From NCBI GenBank assembly GCA_964602485.1, contig CAZRQU010000001.1:52284-116283 (forward strand): a DNA stretch of 64,000 nt, read 5' to 3'. The stretch comes from an uncultured Gammaproteobacteria bacterium (lineage in GTDB: Bacteria; Patescibacteriota; Patescibacteriia; Patescibacteriales; WJLG01). The first letter of the stretch is position 1, and the number at the start of each line of letters is the position of its first letter. Below the pieces are notes generated by a model, which made no database searches, had not been told where the DNA came from, and saw nothing but the letters and a program-made list of their open reading frames with translations. The position numbers and the translations under genes were made by a program. Of this stretch, positions 44,457 to 55,939 are shown piece by piece.

Positions 44457-46748
44457 TTAGGAGGATGCTTCCATATGGGAAAGCTCACTTTTATAGACAG
44501 AGTTATTCTTTAAGACATATATTTTCATACTTTTTTCAGACACATCTATATCTTCTATGTTTTCCATATCGAACACATATTGGCTTATGAACTTACCTTC
44601 TTTATCAAAGACTACCAGACGTTTATTTATCGGTTCGAATATATAGATATACTCATGTTCGGAAGAGGTTATTATTTTGTTGGCATTCTTTATCGGTTCA
44701 TATAATTCTTCATTTTCGAATTCCTCTTCTTCTCCGCGAAGTAGTTTTTTTATAGTTCCGTCTACTTTAAGGATATAAATATAGCCGTCAATGGCTATAT
44801 CAACTATTTTTGAGAGATCCTCATTGGTTTTGAGCCACTCAGAAGGGGAGGAAAAACCATTATTGGTTCGACTGTAGCGATAGATCTGTTTTCTTCCGAG
44901 AAGATATAAATTGTTATTGAAAGAAGCCATTGATATTATATTGTCATTACCGGGAAGTCCTATAGGTATATTTTTTATATTCTCCCTGCGCCCTTCCTTT
45001 TCAACTATTAGGATATTATCCTTATTCAAATAGTTTATCCCGCTATCGGTGGCTGTCGGATAGTCCAAGTAATGAACATTGTCGGGCAGTTCATTGTTGG
45101 CTGTATTTATATCCTCTAGAAGATCTATTTTGTATATGGATTCTTGGCTCGAATCGCCAAGGTATACCGTATTGTTGTGTATTATTAGATTTTGGGCGTT
45201 TGCTTTATCGTTAAGAACAGAGAAATCAGCTATATTATCTCCAGTTTCAACCTTTTTTATGTGCCTTATTCTATTTATTTGTTCTTCTTGTTTTGCTGTT
45301 ATTTTTTTTAATTTTTCGTTTCCTTGTTTTTTATCTTCAGCTATGGAAGCCAAGAGTTCTTTGTTCTCCCAGAGAAGTTGTTTAGCCTTGTCTTCGTTGT
45401 TGTAAAGAAGATTAGCGTCTATTTTGTTTTGTTTTTTCTCTATTTTTTCCACCAATGACCCAAAGGCTTCTTTTTGAGCCAGTTTTTCATTTTTCTGTTT
45501 GGTGATGGTTAGGTTTATTGAAAAAACGATCAATAATACGAAAGCTGATATCAAGATCGCTTTGTGTTTGTTCTTCAGCCCTCCTTCCGTCTCTTTTTTG
45601 CTGAATTTATCTTTAAGGATCGCCAATGACCTTTTTGTCTTTTGCCCCAAGTCAAGAACCTTCTTCTTATTGGTCATATTCTTTACGGTAGATATTGCAA
45701 GAAAAAAGACAAAGCTTACAGCTTTGGATATATTGGATAATATATTTTTCAATAATCCTTTTCTTCTTTTGAATGATATGTGCTCCTTAAAGAGACGGAA
45801 GTTCTTTTGGGCAAAGTTATCCTTTTTCTTAGGCTCTGAATCTCGAGTTTTTTTAATTTTTTTGAGATTTATTATACCGGAAGGAGCCATTATGTTCTCT
45901 GTTTGATGCTCAACCGCATCTATCTGGTTCATATACCTTTTGCTCTTCTCTTCCATTTCTTTTTTTAGGCCTTCTTTACTCACCTCATCGCTAGTCGAGT
46001 TTTTAATTATTATGCCCAAAAAGGTTATATAGGCGTTTACTTGTGAAAGAGTGTTCTTTATTTGTTCCGCCGCTCCGGTGGGGGACAGTTTCGTTATTAT
46101 GTTCACTATTTGTTTGCTTGAGATGTATTCGTACAGAGCTTCATTGCCCATCATGAAATATCCGCCCGAAGGAATTCGTCCGCTGGTAAAATTGGAGAAT
46201 AGTTTGTTGATATTCACGGCCTTAGGGTCTTGCTCGCGGTTTTCACCGACTTCCGTTATTTTGTGTTCTATCTTTTCCGGTTCAAAGACCTTTCCTCCTT
46301 TTTTCTTCAAAGTGCCGGTTTTTTCCTTGTATATTAGAAAATTCCTATTTTTGCCAACGACTGAAAAGTGCAACTCCTCATCATGAATGACTGCTGCTGT
46401 GACATTGAAGGCGTAGGGGCTTATTTTTATTTTTTCTTGATTTAGGAAGTTTACCAGATCCCTGTTAGTTTTAGCTAAGGAGTCTTGGAAGATATTTTCG
46501 GTCCTTATGCTATCTACTTTCTCTTTAAGCAAGAGCTTTTCATTTTGGTAATAATTATAATTTATGTTGTTTATAAGGAAGTTTATTACCTTGAGAGCGG
46601 CTGGCTTGCTGGATTCCATCTCTATCAAAATAAAAAGTCTTCCAGCTAAGTTCTCTTTATAAGAATCGGGCTGGGCTATGAAGATGTCGCTTGATGAGCT
46701 GGATTTTTGCTCGCTGTTGAGTATCAGAGAGGCTGTTTTGTAATACAT
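44457..46748 (-). CDS. Large bitopic membrane protein (763 aa), function unknown
   Basis: A long clean ORF. The architecture is a cytoplasmic N-terminal domain of about 390 aa, one TM segment (AILISAFVLLIVFSINLTI), a coiled coil, and a beta-rich C-terminal domain of about 270 aa. Confidence 0.6.
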   Translation of the reverse strand: MYYKTASLILNSEQKSSSSSDIFIAQPDSYKENLAGRLFILIEMESSKPAALKVINFLINNINYNYYQNEKLLLKEKVDSIRTENIFQDSLAKTNRDLVNFLNQEKIKISPYAFNVTAAVIHDEELHFSVVGKNRNFLIYKEKTGTLKKKGGKVFEPEKIEHKITEVGENREQDPKAVNINKLFSNFTSGRIPSGGYFMMGNEALYEYISSKQIVNIITKLSPTGAAEQIKNTLSQVNAYITFLGIIIKNSTSDEVSKEGLKKEMEEKSKRYMNQIDAVEHQTENIMAPSGIINLKKIKKTRDSEPKKKDNFAQKNFRLFKEHISFKRRKGLLKNILSNISKAVSFVFFLAISTVKNMTNKKKVLDLGQKTKRSLAILKDKFSKKETEGGLKNKHKAILISAFVLLIVFSINLTITKQKNEKLAQKEAFGSLVEKIEKKQNKIDANLLYNNEDKAKQLLWENKELLASIAEDKKQGNEKLKKITAKQEEQINRIRHIKKVETGDNIADFSVLNDKANAQNLIIHNNTVYLGDSSQESIYKIDLLEDINTANNELPDNVHYLDYPTATDSGINYLNKDNILIVEKEGRRENIKNIPIGLPGNDNIISMASFNNNLYLLGRKQIYRYSRTNNGFSSPSEWLKTNEDLSKIVDIAIDGYIYILKVDGTIKKLLRGEEEEFENEELYEPIKNANKIITSSEHEYIYIFEPINKRLVVFDKEGKFISQYVFDMENIEDIDVSEKSMKIYVLKNNSVYKSELSHMEASS

Positions 46749-46848
46749 TGGCTATTTGTATGTAAAAATTGGCCAATTAAGCAATTGACGTTTCCTTTAA
46801 TATATTATACTATAAAAAGGCAAAATAAGTAAAATATCAATAATATAT

Positions 46849-47505
46849 ATGTTGAACAAATTGTTCGGTTCCAACACTCGAACCAAGCTTCTGAAACAAT
46901 TCCTTTTCAACTCAGAAGAGGGTTATTATATAAGGCAACTGGCCAGGGATCTGGGTTTACAGGTTAATTCAGTGAGAAGAGAATTGGATAATTTGGAAGA
47001 ATTGGGGCTATTGTCATCTGATATAGCTGAAGCAAAAGAAGAGGAAGATGAATATTGTTTGAATGGGATCAGGGATCTGAAGAAAGAAAAAAAGAAGACA
47101 AAGAGTAAACAGGTAAAACCTCAAGATAAAAAATATTTCAAGGTCAACAAAGATTTTCCGGTATTCGAGGATCTGCGGTCACTGGTTATGAAATCGCAAG
47201 TCCTTCATAAAGATCAATTCGCCAAGGATCTTTTGAAAATATGTAAGCCCAAGTTGCTCATTTTGACAGGGGTGTTCATAAATAGACCCGAGGTGGGCAT
47301 AGATGTCTTCATAGTGGGTAGATTGTCGAAGGATAAGCTCAGGCCGGTTATTAGGCGTTTGGAAAAAGATCTTGACAGGGAGATAAATTTTACCATTATG
47401 GCTCCTTCGGAGTTCAAGTATCGCCGAGAAATAGCCGATGTTTTCCTGTATAGTGTTTTGGAAAACGAAAAGATGATCATGATAGATGAGATAGGGATAA
47501 GTTAG
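46849..47505 (+). CDS. Winged-helix (ArsR-like) DNA-binding protein with an uncharacterised C-terminal domain
   Basis: Contains LFGSNTRTKLLKQFL....YYIRQLARDLGLQVNSVRRELDNLEELGLL, a wHTH pattern. Confidence 0.65.
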   Translation: MLNKLFGSNTRTKLLKQFLFNSEEGYYIRQLARDLGLQVNSVRRELDNLEELGLLSSDIAEAKEEEDEYCLNGIRDLKKEKKKTKSKQVKPQDKKYFKVNKDFPVFEDLRSLVMKSQVLHKDQFAKDLLKICKPKLLILTGVFINRPEVGIDVFIVGRLSKDKLRPVIRRLEKDLDREINFTIMAPSEFKYRREIADVFLYSVLENEKMIMIDEIGIS

Positions 47506-47554
47506 TGATCTCAAGCATTTTATCCTGAGGGTTTCTGATTATTAGGGATATTTC

Positions 47555-47583
47555 TTGACTTGGAAAATAAGTTTTGTTAATAT
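47555..47583 (+). promoter_or_regulatory. Sigma70-type promoter of the atp operon (TTGACT - 17 nt - TGtTAATAT)
   Basis: -35 at 47555-47560 and extended -10 at 47575-47583. Confidence 0.55.
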
Positions 47584-47651
47584 ATTAATCGAAAACAAGT
47601 TTAAATCCGCACCGTTTCGGGTTGCTAGGATTTATTTTTTTTCCAGTAAAT

Positions 47652-47939
47652 ATGAAAAAGAAGCCAGGGCCTGTTAATGGCGATACAAAAGAGATATTCC
47701 GGTCAATGGCTTGGTATACCAGCGCTTCCATTTTCGGACCTTTGGTCATTATCGGAGGAGCTGGCCATTTGCTTGATAAATATTTCGGCACTGAGCCGAT
47801 CATAACTATAGTTGCCGTATTGGTGGCCTTTGTGGCTTCCAATATTCTCCTTTTAAAGAGAGCTATGTCCATCACTGGTCAGATAACCGAGATCGGCAAG
47901 CAGGGCAAGAACTATGATCCAGAGGAAGAAGAGGAATAA
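47652..47939 (+). CDS. atpZ: AtpZ/AtpI-like small membrane protein of the F-ATPase operon
   Basis: Two TM helices directly upstream of atpB. The ATG at 47652 is preferred over the TTG at 47622. Confidence 0.6.
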   Translation: MKKKPGPVNGDTKEIFRSMAWYTSASIFGPLVIIGGAGHLLDKYFGTEPIITIVAVLVAFVASNILLLKRAMSITGQITEIGKQGKNYDPEEEEE

Positions 47940-47972
47940 TAATAAGGAGGATAGCCGTAGTTGTAAAAAAAT

Positions 47973-48779
47973 ATGGAATTGAATATATCATTGGCTCCAC
48001 AAACATTATTTGAGATAGCCGGTTTTCCGGTGACCAATGCTTTTTTTTGGATGTTCGTCATTTCCTTGTTCTTAACTGTGGCTTTCGTTATTATAGCCAA
48101 TAATCTCAGATCGGTACCTAAAGGGATGCAGAATTTCATTGAAGTTTTCTTTGAATCAGCTTGGGATTTCGTAAAAACCACGGTCGGTAGCGAGAAAAAG
48201 GCGAAAAAGATGTTTCCTCTGGTCTTCACTATATTCATATTTGTATTGTTCAGTAATCTTTTTACATTCATACCTGGGCAGGCGGCAGTGATCTTGGCTA
48301 GGGAAGAAGGGAAGGTGTCGGTGTTCAGGTCGGTTATGTCGGATTATGGAATAGTTTTCTTGATGACGATCATCGCCATAATCATAGTGCAAATAGTGGC
48401 TATCGGAGTCAATGGACCATTGGGTTATTTAGGTAGATTCTTTAACTTTTCAGGAGTTAAAGAATTTTTTGTTTTATTGACCAAAGGTAAATTCAAACCG
48501 GTTCAATTGGCTCAAGGGTTATTGGATGTATTTTTGGGTTTAATGGAGATCGTTAGTGAATTCGCCAAAGTATTATCCATGTCATTTAGGTTATTCGGCA
48601 ATATGTTTGCCGGAGAGGTCTTAGGGGCAGTAATGTTGTTTTTGGCCCCTTTCTTTCTGCCTGTTCCTTTTTTATTTCTAGGGCTTTTGACAGCTTTTGT
48701 GCAAGCGTTCGTTTTTGCGGTTTTAACCTTGGTGTTCATAGATATGGCCTCCGAGTCTGAAACAGCCAACGCTGATTAG
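47973..48779 (+). CDS. atpB: F0F1 ATP synthase subunit a
   Basis: Contains the SMSFRLFGNMFAGE motif with the essential Arg, and about 5 TM segments. Confidence 0.93.
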   Translation: MELNISLAPQTLFEIAGFPVTNAFFWMFVISLFLTVAFVIIANNLRSVPKGMQNFIEVFFESAWDFVKTTVGSEKKAKKMFPLVFTIFIFVLFSNLFTFIPGQAAVILAREEGKVSVFRSVMSDYGIVFLMTIIAIIIVQIVAIGVNGPLGYLGRFFNFSGVKEFFVLLTKGKFKPVQLAQGLLDVFLGLMEIVSEFAKVLSMSFRLFGNMFAGEVLGAVMLFLAPFFLPVPFLFLGLLTAFVQAFVFAVLTLVFIDMASESETANAD

Positions 48780-48787
48780 ATGTTTTA

Positions 48788-48845
48788 TTGATCGGCTAAC
48801 TGTGAGTTGACCGATCAACAGATCAGCTAATTAACCAATTAACCA
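48788..48845 (+). repeat. Hairpin TTGATCGG/CCGATCAA followed by two AATTAACCA units, upstream of atpE
   Basis: Arms at 48788-48795 and 48811-48818. GATCAAC lies at 48813-48819 and AATTAACCA at 48829-48837 and 48837-48845. The layout matches the modules at rplN and rpsH. Confidence 0.7.
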
Positions 48846-48849
48846 ATAA

Positions 48850-49083
<234 letters not shown>

Positions 49084-49230
49084 GCATCAAGAGGATAGAT
49101 AGATTCCACCTGTTATTTTTCGGGTGGAGACCTTTATTCTTTTGAAAAAAATGAGAACGATATGATATTAGAGGCATCACCCGATGATGGCGGCCATAAT
49201 ATCCATTCGTGTCATTAGTATTGAGATAAT

Positions 49231-49728
49231 ATGGAATTATTGAATTCACTAGGTATAAACATAAAGATATTGATCGCCCAGTTGATCAATTTCAGTGTTA
49301 TGCTTTTTATCCTCTGGAAGTTTGCCTATAGGCCGATGAGGAAGTTTTTGGAGGAGAGAAGGAGCAAAATAGAGAAAGGGGTGGAGAATGCTGAGAAAGC
49401 AGAAGAACGTTTAAAGGAAATAGATGAGAAAGAATCAGAAGTTATAAAAGATGCTAAAAAAGAAGCGGCTAAGATACTTGAGGATGCCAGAGAACAGGCC
49501 GAAGAGAATAAGAAGAGGATGATAGATAAAGCCAAGGAAGAGATCGGCACTATAATAAATAAAGAAAAAGAGAATATACAAGTAGAGAAGTCAGAGACAT
49601 TGAAGGAAATAAAAAAGGAGGTAGGGGAACTGATAGCTATTGGAGTGGAAAAGGTTATAGAAGAAAAAATGAATGCTAAGAAAGACAAGGAAATGATAGA
49701 GAGATCTATTAAGAATATCGGTAAATAA
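49231..49728 (+). CDS. atpF: F0F1 ATP synthase subunit b
   Basis: N-terminal TM segment followed by a long charged helix, in the expected operon position. Confidence 0.85.
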   Translation: MELLNSLGINIKILIAQLINFSVMLFILWKFAYRPMRKFLEERRSKIEKGVENAEKAEERLKEIDEKESEVIKDAKKEAAKILEDAREQAEENKKRMIDKAKEEIGTIINKEKENIQVEKSETLKEIKKEVGELIAIGVEKVIEEKMNAKKDKEMIERSIKNIGK

Positions 49729-49753
49729 TTCGAGAAAATTTTGATATAAAGAT

Positions 49754-50155
49754 ATGAATATAAAACCAAAACAATACGCGATCGCCTTATTTGAGAGTTT
49801 GAAGGACGCTAAGGACAAAGAACAGAAAGAGATCGTGCAGAGATTCGTTTCTAAACTGATCGACAATAACGACATTTCAAAAATAGAGCCGATGATCAGC
49901 TATTTTGAGGAATTATTCAATAAATATGAAGATATAGCTGAGGCCCAGATCATAAGCGTCTATGAACTGGATAAGAATATCCTTAGTATGCTTAAAAAAC
50001 TAATATCCGAAAGGACTCAAGCCGAGAACATTAATATAAGCGAAAAGAAAGACAAGGGCCTTTTGGGAGGTGTAGTGCTTCGTTATGGAGATAGATCCCT
50101 GGACCTTAGCCTGAAAAGAAGACTGGAAGGATTCAAGAGGCAAATGATCAGTTAA
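49754..50155 (+). CDS. atpH: F0F1 ATP synthase subunit delta (short, 133 aa)
   Basis: Contains YAIALFES and the C-terminal LLGGVVLRYGDRSLDLSLKRRLE, typical of OSCP/delta. Confidence 0.75.
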   Translation: MNIKPKQYAIALFESLKDAKDKEQKEIVQRFVSKLIDNNDISKIEPMISYFEELFNKYEDIAEAQIISVYELDKNILSMLKKLISERTQAENINISEKKDKGLLGGVVLRYGDRSLDLSLKRRLEGFKRQMIS

Positions 50156-50200
50156 TAGGGGAGGTAGTTAATAATTCATCATTCATTATTGATAAAAAAT

Positions 50201-51727
50201 ATGTCTAATACAAAAGATTTCATTGTAGAACAGATAAAAAAACAGATCGGACAATATGAATCAGAAGCTCGCGAACAGAATTTTGGAAAAGTTATAGAAG
50301 TAGGAGATGGTATTGCCCGAATATCAGGCCTTTCTGAAGTTATGATGTCGGAAATGCTTGAGTTCAAGACCGCTTCCGGATCTCGTTTCGGGGTGGCCTT
50401 GAATCTGGAGGAAGATAGTGTTGGCTCCATTGTTTTGGATGATCATGAAGCCATAAAAGAAGGAGATGAGGTTCTAGCCACGAAGAAAATACTGGAGGTG
50501 CCTGTGTCCGATGAGATAGTTGGAAGGATACTTGATCCTTTGGGTCAAGCTTTGGACGGCAAGGATAATATCAAGACCGACACTTATTATCCGGTAGAAA
50601 AAGTAGCCCCCGGCGTTATGGCCAGAGAGTCGGTCGGTCAGCCTTTGCAGACCGGTATCAAGGCCATTGATTCCATGATCCCTATCGGAAGAGGTCAGAG
50701 AGAGTTGATAATAGGCGATAGACAGATAGGTAAGAGCGCCATAGCTATTGATACGATAATAAACCAGAAAGGACAAGGAGTTAAATGTATATATGTGGCG
50801 GTTGGTCAAAAAGAATCCAAAGTGGCCAGTATATCGGCTAAATTGAAAGAAGCCGGAGCTATGGATTATACCACTATCGTGGTCGCCGGAGCTTCTGACC
50901 CGGCATCGCTTCTATATATAGCTCCTTATGCCGGTTGTGCTATGGCTGAATATTTCTTGGATAAAGGTGAAGATGTCCTTATTGTCTATGATGATCTTTC
51001 CAAGCAGGCAGCTGCTTATAGGGAAATATCATTGTTGCTTAGAAGGCCTCCCGGACGTGAAGCTTATCCCGGTGATGTTTTTTATCTTCATTCAAGGCTT
51101 TTGGAAAGAGCTTGTAAGTTGAATAAGGATAATGGAGGAGGTTCAATAACCGCTTTACCGATAATAGAAACTCAAGCCGGAGATGTTTCCGCTTATATAC
51201 CGACCAATGTCATATCTATTACTGATGGTCAAATATACTTAGAACCGGATCTTTTCTACCAGGGACAACGACCGGCTATCAATGCCGGTATATCCGTTTC
51301 CCGCGTAGGGTCTTCAGCCCAGATAAAGGCTATGAAAAAAGTGGCCGGAAAGATGAGACTTGAAGTGGCGCAGTATAGGGAATTGGCTGCCTTTGCCCAA
51401 TTCGGTTCTGATCTTGATGAAGAGACCAAGTCCAGATTGGAAAGAGGTAAGAGGATCGTGGAAATATTGAAACAAAAACAATACGAACCGGTCTCCACCG
51501 AGGACCAAGTAGCCATATTCTTTGCTGTTACCGGCGGCTTTATGGATGATATCCCCGTGGATAAGATAACTGATCTTGAGACAGGATTACTGGACTATAT
51601 AAAAGAAAGATCATTTAACAGTTTGAAGAAGATAAAAGAAACCGGTTTGCTGGAAGATGATGTTAAAGAGGAGTTGACCAAAGTGATAAAAGATTACAAA
51701 GACACCTTGGATCATGTTGAAAAATAA
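50201..51727 (+). CDS. atpA: F0F1 ATP synthase subunit alpha
   Basis: Contains GDRQIGKS (Walker A) and is alpha-like throughout. The ATG at 50201 is preferred over the TTG at 50189. Confidence 0.97.
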   Translation: MSNTKDFIVEQIKKQIGQYESEAREQNFGKVIEVGDGIARISGLSEVMMSEMLEFKTASGSRFGVALNLEEDSVGSIVLDDHEAIKEGDEVLATKKILEVPVSDEIVGRILDPLGQALDGKDNIKTDTYYPVEKVAPGVMARESVGQPLQTGIKAIDSMIPIGRGQRELIIGDRQIGKSAIAIDTIINQKGQGVKCIYVAVGQKESKVASISAKLKEAGAMDYTTIVVAGASDPASLLYIAPYAGCAMAEYFLDKGEDVLIVYDDLSKQAAAYREISLLLRRPPGREAYPGDVFYLHSRLLERACKLNKDNGGGSITALPIIETQAGDVSAYIPTNVISITDGQIYLEPDLFYQGQRPAINAGISVSRVGSSAQIKAMKKVAGKMRLEVAQYRELAAFAQFGSDLDEETKSRLERGKRIVEILKQKQYEPVSTEDQVAIFFAVTGGFMDDIPVDKITDLETGLLDYIKERSFNSLKKIKETGLLEDDVKEELTKVIKDYKDTLDHVEK

Positions 51728-51807
51728 CAAATTGCAAAGAGCAAATAACAAATTGCAAAGAGCAAAAATAAGATATTTGCAGTTTGCACATTGATATTTG
51801 CAGTTTG
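51722..51807 (+). repeat. Palindromic intergenic repeat element, copy B, with internal 21-bp-period duplications
   Basis: AAATAACAAATTGCAAAGAGC occurs twice in tandem (51722-51742 and 51743-51763). GATATTTGCAGTTTG occurs twice (51772-51786 and 51793-51807). The two unit types are mutually complementary. Confidence 0.8.
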
Positions 51808-51814
51808 AATAAAA

Positions 51815-52810
51815 ATGTCAAATACCAAAGATATAAAAAGAAGAATATCATCGGTTGGCAATACCAAGAAGATAACCAGAGCTATGGAGATGGTGGCGGC
51901 TGCCAAAATGAGAAAAGCCACTGAAGCGGTTTTGGCTACCCGGACATATGCCAACCTATCTTGGACCACTGTTTTGAATATATCTCAATCCGTTAATTCA
52001 GGTAAATACGCCCATCCTTTGTTGGCTGAGAGAAAAGAGATCAAAAGAGAGGCAGTGATCCTTATAGCCTCCAATCGAGGTCTTTGTGGTGGTTTTAACT
52101 CTTCTGTGATACAAAAAGCGGTAGACTCCATAAGAAAATATGGCACTAGCGAGCATGAGCTGACCAGAAATCTTAAAAAAGAGATAAAAAAGGATGTCGA
52201 TTTCATCGTTGTAGGGAAAAGAGGTCTTTCCGTAAAAAGCAGATATGGGTGCAATGTGGTGGCCGATTTTGAAAAGGCGGATGTTTGTTATGAAGTGAAA
52301 GAAGTGATGCCGGTAGCAAAAATGGTGATCAGTGATTTTTTGTCAGGAAAATATGACAAGGTCATGGTGGCCTATACCGATTTTATCACTCCGGCAAAGC
52401 AGATACCCAGAGTAAAACAGCTTTTGCCGATAGATCTAAAGGCTAAAGATCATCACCTAGGGGTAGTTGGCGATGATCCAAGGATCGGTGTTGATCGAGA
52501 TTTTATAAAAGAGAAAGAAGACAAATATCTCAAAGATGAAAAGAATAGTTATATGTTCACCTATGAGCCTAGTGCTGAAGAGATATTGGAAGAAATGTTG
52601 CCAAGGTTGATAGAGGTTCAACTTTTCCAGGCCTTATTGGAGTCGAACGCTTCAGAGCATAGTGCCAGAATGAGCGCTATGCACCAAGCAACAGAGGCGG
52701 CTGAGGATCTTGTTAAGGAATTGAAATTATATTACAACAAAGCCAGACAGGCCGCCATAACGAATGAAATATCAGAGATCGTGGCCGGCGTAAATGCTTT
52801 ATCTGATTAG
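51815..52810 (+). CDS. atpG: F0F1 ATP synthase subunit gamma
   Basis: Contains KDIKRRI.SV.NTKKITRAMEMVAAAKMRKA and the C-terminal ITNEISEIVAG. Confidence 0.93.
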   Translation: MSNTKDIKRRISSVGNTKKITRAMEMVAAAKMRKATEAVLATRTYANLSWTTVLNISQSVNSGKYAHPLLAERKEIKREAVILIASNRGLCGGFNSSVIQKAVDSIRKYGTSEHELTRNLKKEIKKDVDFIVVGKRGLSVKSRYGCNVVADFEKADVCYEVKEVMPVAKMVISDFLSGKYDKVMVAYTDFITPAKQIPRVKQLLPIDLKAKDHHLGVVGDDPRIGVDRDFIKEKEDKYLKDEKNSYMFTYEPSAEEILEEMLPRLIEVQLFQALLESNASEHSARMSAMHQATEAAEDLVKELKLYYNKARQAAITNEISEIVAGVNALSD

Positions 52811-52900
52811 GCTGTTTTGTCCTATGAATTATGCTTTGGATCTTTTTGGACCAAGATATTAAAATTTTTTAAAAATTTAGAATTTTAAATTAAAAATTAG

Positions 52901-54292
<1,392 letters not shown>

Positions 54293-54339
54293 TTTTTAAG
54301 AGACCCTGTATTAGCGGCTATACAGGATATAATTGTTAA

Positions 54340-54397
54340 ATTGTTATATTGTTTTGAATAGCGGTATAACAATTCAGTAATATAGCAATATAACAAT
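54340..54397 (+). promoter_or_regulatory. 12-bp perfect inverted repeat whose 3' arm covers the first two bases (AT) of the atpC start codon
   Basis: ATTGTTATATTG (54340-54351) is the reverse complement of CAATATAACAAT (54386-54397). A third TATAACAAT copy at 54365-54373 offers an alternative partner. Confidence 0.45.
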
Positions 54398-54833
54398 GGA
54401 TAATAAAATGATAAAATTTGAAATAGTCACTCCGGAAAAGCACATATTAAAGGAATATGTTAAGCAGGTTACAGTTCCTACCAGAGAAGGGGATGTGACC
54501 ATTTTACCAAAACACACTCCCTTAATATCGACTTTAAGGTCTGGAGTTTTGGAGTTTTCCAAAGAGGACGGCAGTCAAGAGGTGGCTTTTGTTTCCGGAG
54601 GATTCTTAGAGGTTTTGCGGAATAAAGTGGTAGTTTTGGCTGATGCAGCTGAAAGAGCAGAAGAAATAGATGAGGTTAAGGTGACTGAGGCTAGATCGAA
54701 AGCAGAGAAAGAGATGCAGGAGATAAGATCGGATGATAGTGAAAGATTTGCTAATATTAGTTCAAAAATTGAAAGAGAATTGGCCAAGACCAAAGCACTT
54801 AAAAGGTGGAAGTCATTGAAGAACATAAAGTGA
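54396..54833 (+). CDS. atpC: F0F1 ATP synthase subunit epsilon
   Basis: Contains IVTPE..., GD..ILP.H.PLIS.L..G and a C-terminal helical hairpin. Confidence 0.9.
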   Translation: MDNKMIKFEIVTPEKHILKEYVKQVTVPTREGDVTILPKHTPLISTLRSGVLEFSKEDGSQEVAFVSGGFLEVLRNKVVVLADAAERAEEIDEVKVTEARSKAEKEMQEIRSDDSERFANISSKIERELAKTKALKRWKSLKNIK

Positions 54834-54901
54834 TCAAGATCACTTGCCAAAGAGTTTTTTGCGTGCTAGTCTAAATATACAAAATAAACAAAATATTTGA
54901 A

Positions 54902-54936
54902 AAGACAGATAGCTTTTAAAGCGCTGTCTTTTTTGT
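54902..54936 (+). terminator. Rho-independent terminator of the atp operon
   Basis: AAGACAG...CTGTCTT followed by TTTT. Confidence 0.75.
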
Positions 54937-55036
54937 GTTTTTTGACAATTAGGCTTGGCTATTGACAAAAATAGAAAAAAGTGCTACTGTCAATAGAATT
55001 GATTTTATAATTATTTAGAATAGTCAATTGAATAGT

Positions 55037-55828
55037 ATGTTATTGAAGGATTATCTAAAATTGATATTAAGGAAAAAGCAGACACTTGTTTCTATTTTTG
55101 TAGCATTTTTTCTGATAACCAGCTTGATCATAGTTGCTCAACCTCCCAGGTACGGATCTTCCGTGAAGCTTTTGGTGGTGCGTGTCAGTGGAGAAAAGGT
55201 TGACCCATATGTGGTTTCCAGATCCAACGAGCAATTAAGTGAGCTTTTAGCCAGAATGGTCCATTCTTATACTTTTTTCGAAAAGGTAATGGATTCAGAT
55301 TTCAATATAAAGGAGAATTATTTTTCCGGAAGTAAAACTGATCAAATAAAGAAGTGGGAAAGAGCTGTTAATGTCACCACTTTGGCTGACACCGGTTTGA
55401 TAGAGATAGAGACATATCATATAGGCAGGAATCAGGCCGAGCAATTGGCTAGAGCTGTCGCTTATACCTTGCAAACCAATCATCAGCTTTATCATGGCTA
55501 TGGAACTTCTGTTAGTTTAAGAGAAATAGATACGCCTATAACCTCTAATTATCCTGTTAAGCCTGATCTGGTTATAACCTTATCTTTGACGGTATTTTTG
55601 TCTCTTATATCTTTTCTTGTTTATATATATACTTTTCCGGAAGAGAAGTATGATATTAGGATCTGGCCGACAAAAAAGGCAACTAAAAAGATAAAAGAAC
55701 AAAATGATCATAATAACTTTATTCATAATGATATAGCGGAAGATGAAGACAGTGATAACGATGATAATGATAGTGATCCGGAAAGTTATTTCCACAAGTC
55801 TGGAGATATGAACAATGTGTTAAGATAA
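55037..55828 (+). CDS. Wzz-like polysaccharide chain-length determinant protein
   Basis: Contains LKDYLKLILRKK followed by TM1, a periplasmic domain of about 150 aa, TM2 and an acidic tail. The ATG at 55037 is preferred over the TTG at 55028. Confidence 0.6.
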   Translation: MLLKDYLKLILRKKQTLVSIFVAFFLITSLIIVAQPPRYGSSVKLLVVRVSGEKVDPYVVSRSNEQLSELLARMVHSYTFFEKVMDSDFNIKENYFSGSKTDQIKKWERAVNVTTLADTGLIEIETYHIGRNQAEQLARAVAYTLQTNHQLYHGYGTSVSLREIDTPITSNYPVKPDLVITLSLTVFLSLISFLVYIYTFPEEKYDIRIWPTKKATKKIKEQNDHNNFIHNDIAEDEDSDNDDNDSDPESYFHKSGDMNNVLR

Positions 55829-55939
55829 TTGGGTTTTTGAATTCGGACAGGTATCTTCCCTGTCCGAGATCAAGGACCTAAAGAAGTTCCTTGAAAGCAA
55901 CTTACAATAAAGAAAGAACAACCCAAAAAGGAGGCTCTT

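Noticed and set aside
45079-46386. Plus-strand ORFs 45079-45405, 45499-45906 and 46051-46386
   Set aside because: All are antisense to the uninterrupted 763-aa minus-strand gene. Their hydrophobic, low-complexity translations are consistent with shadows.
51722-51807. Possible CRISPR array or mini-satellite in the atpA-atpG spacer
   Set aside because: There are only two copies of each 15-21 bp unit, no unique spacers of CRISPR length and no cas genes. It is better explained as a palindromic repeat element.
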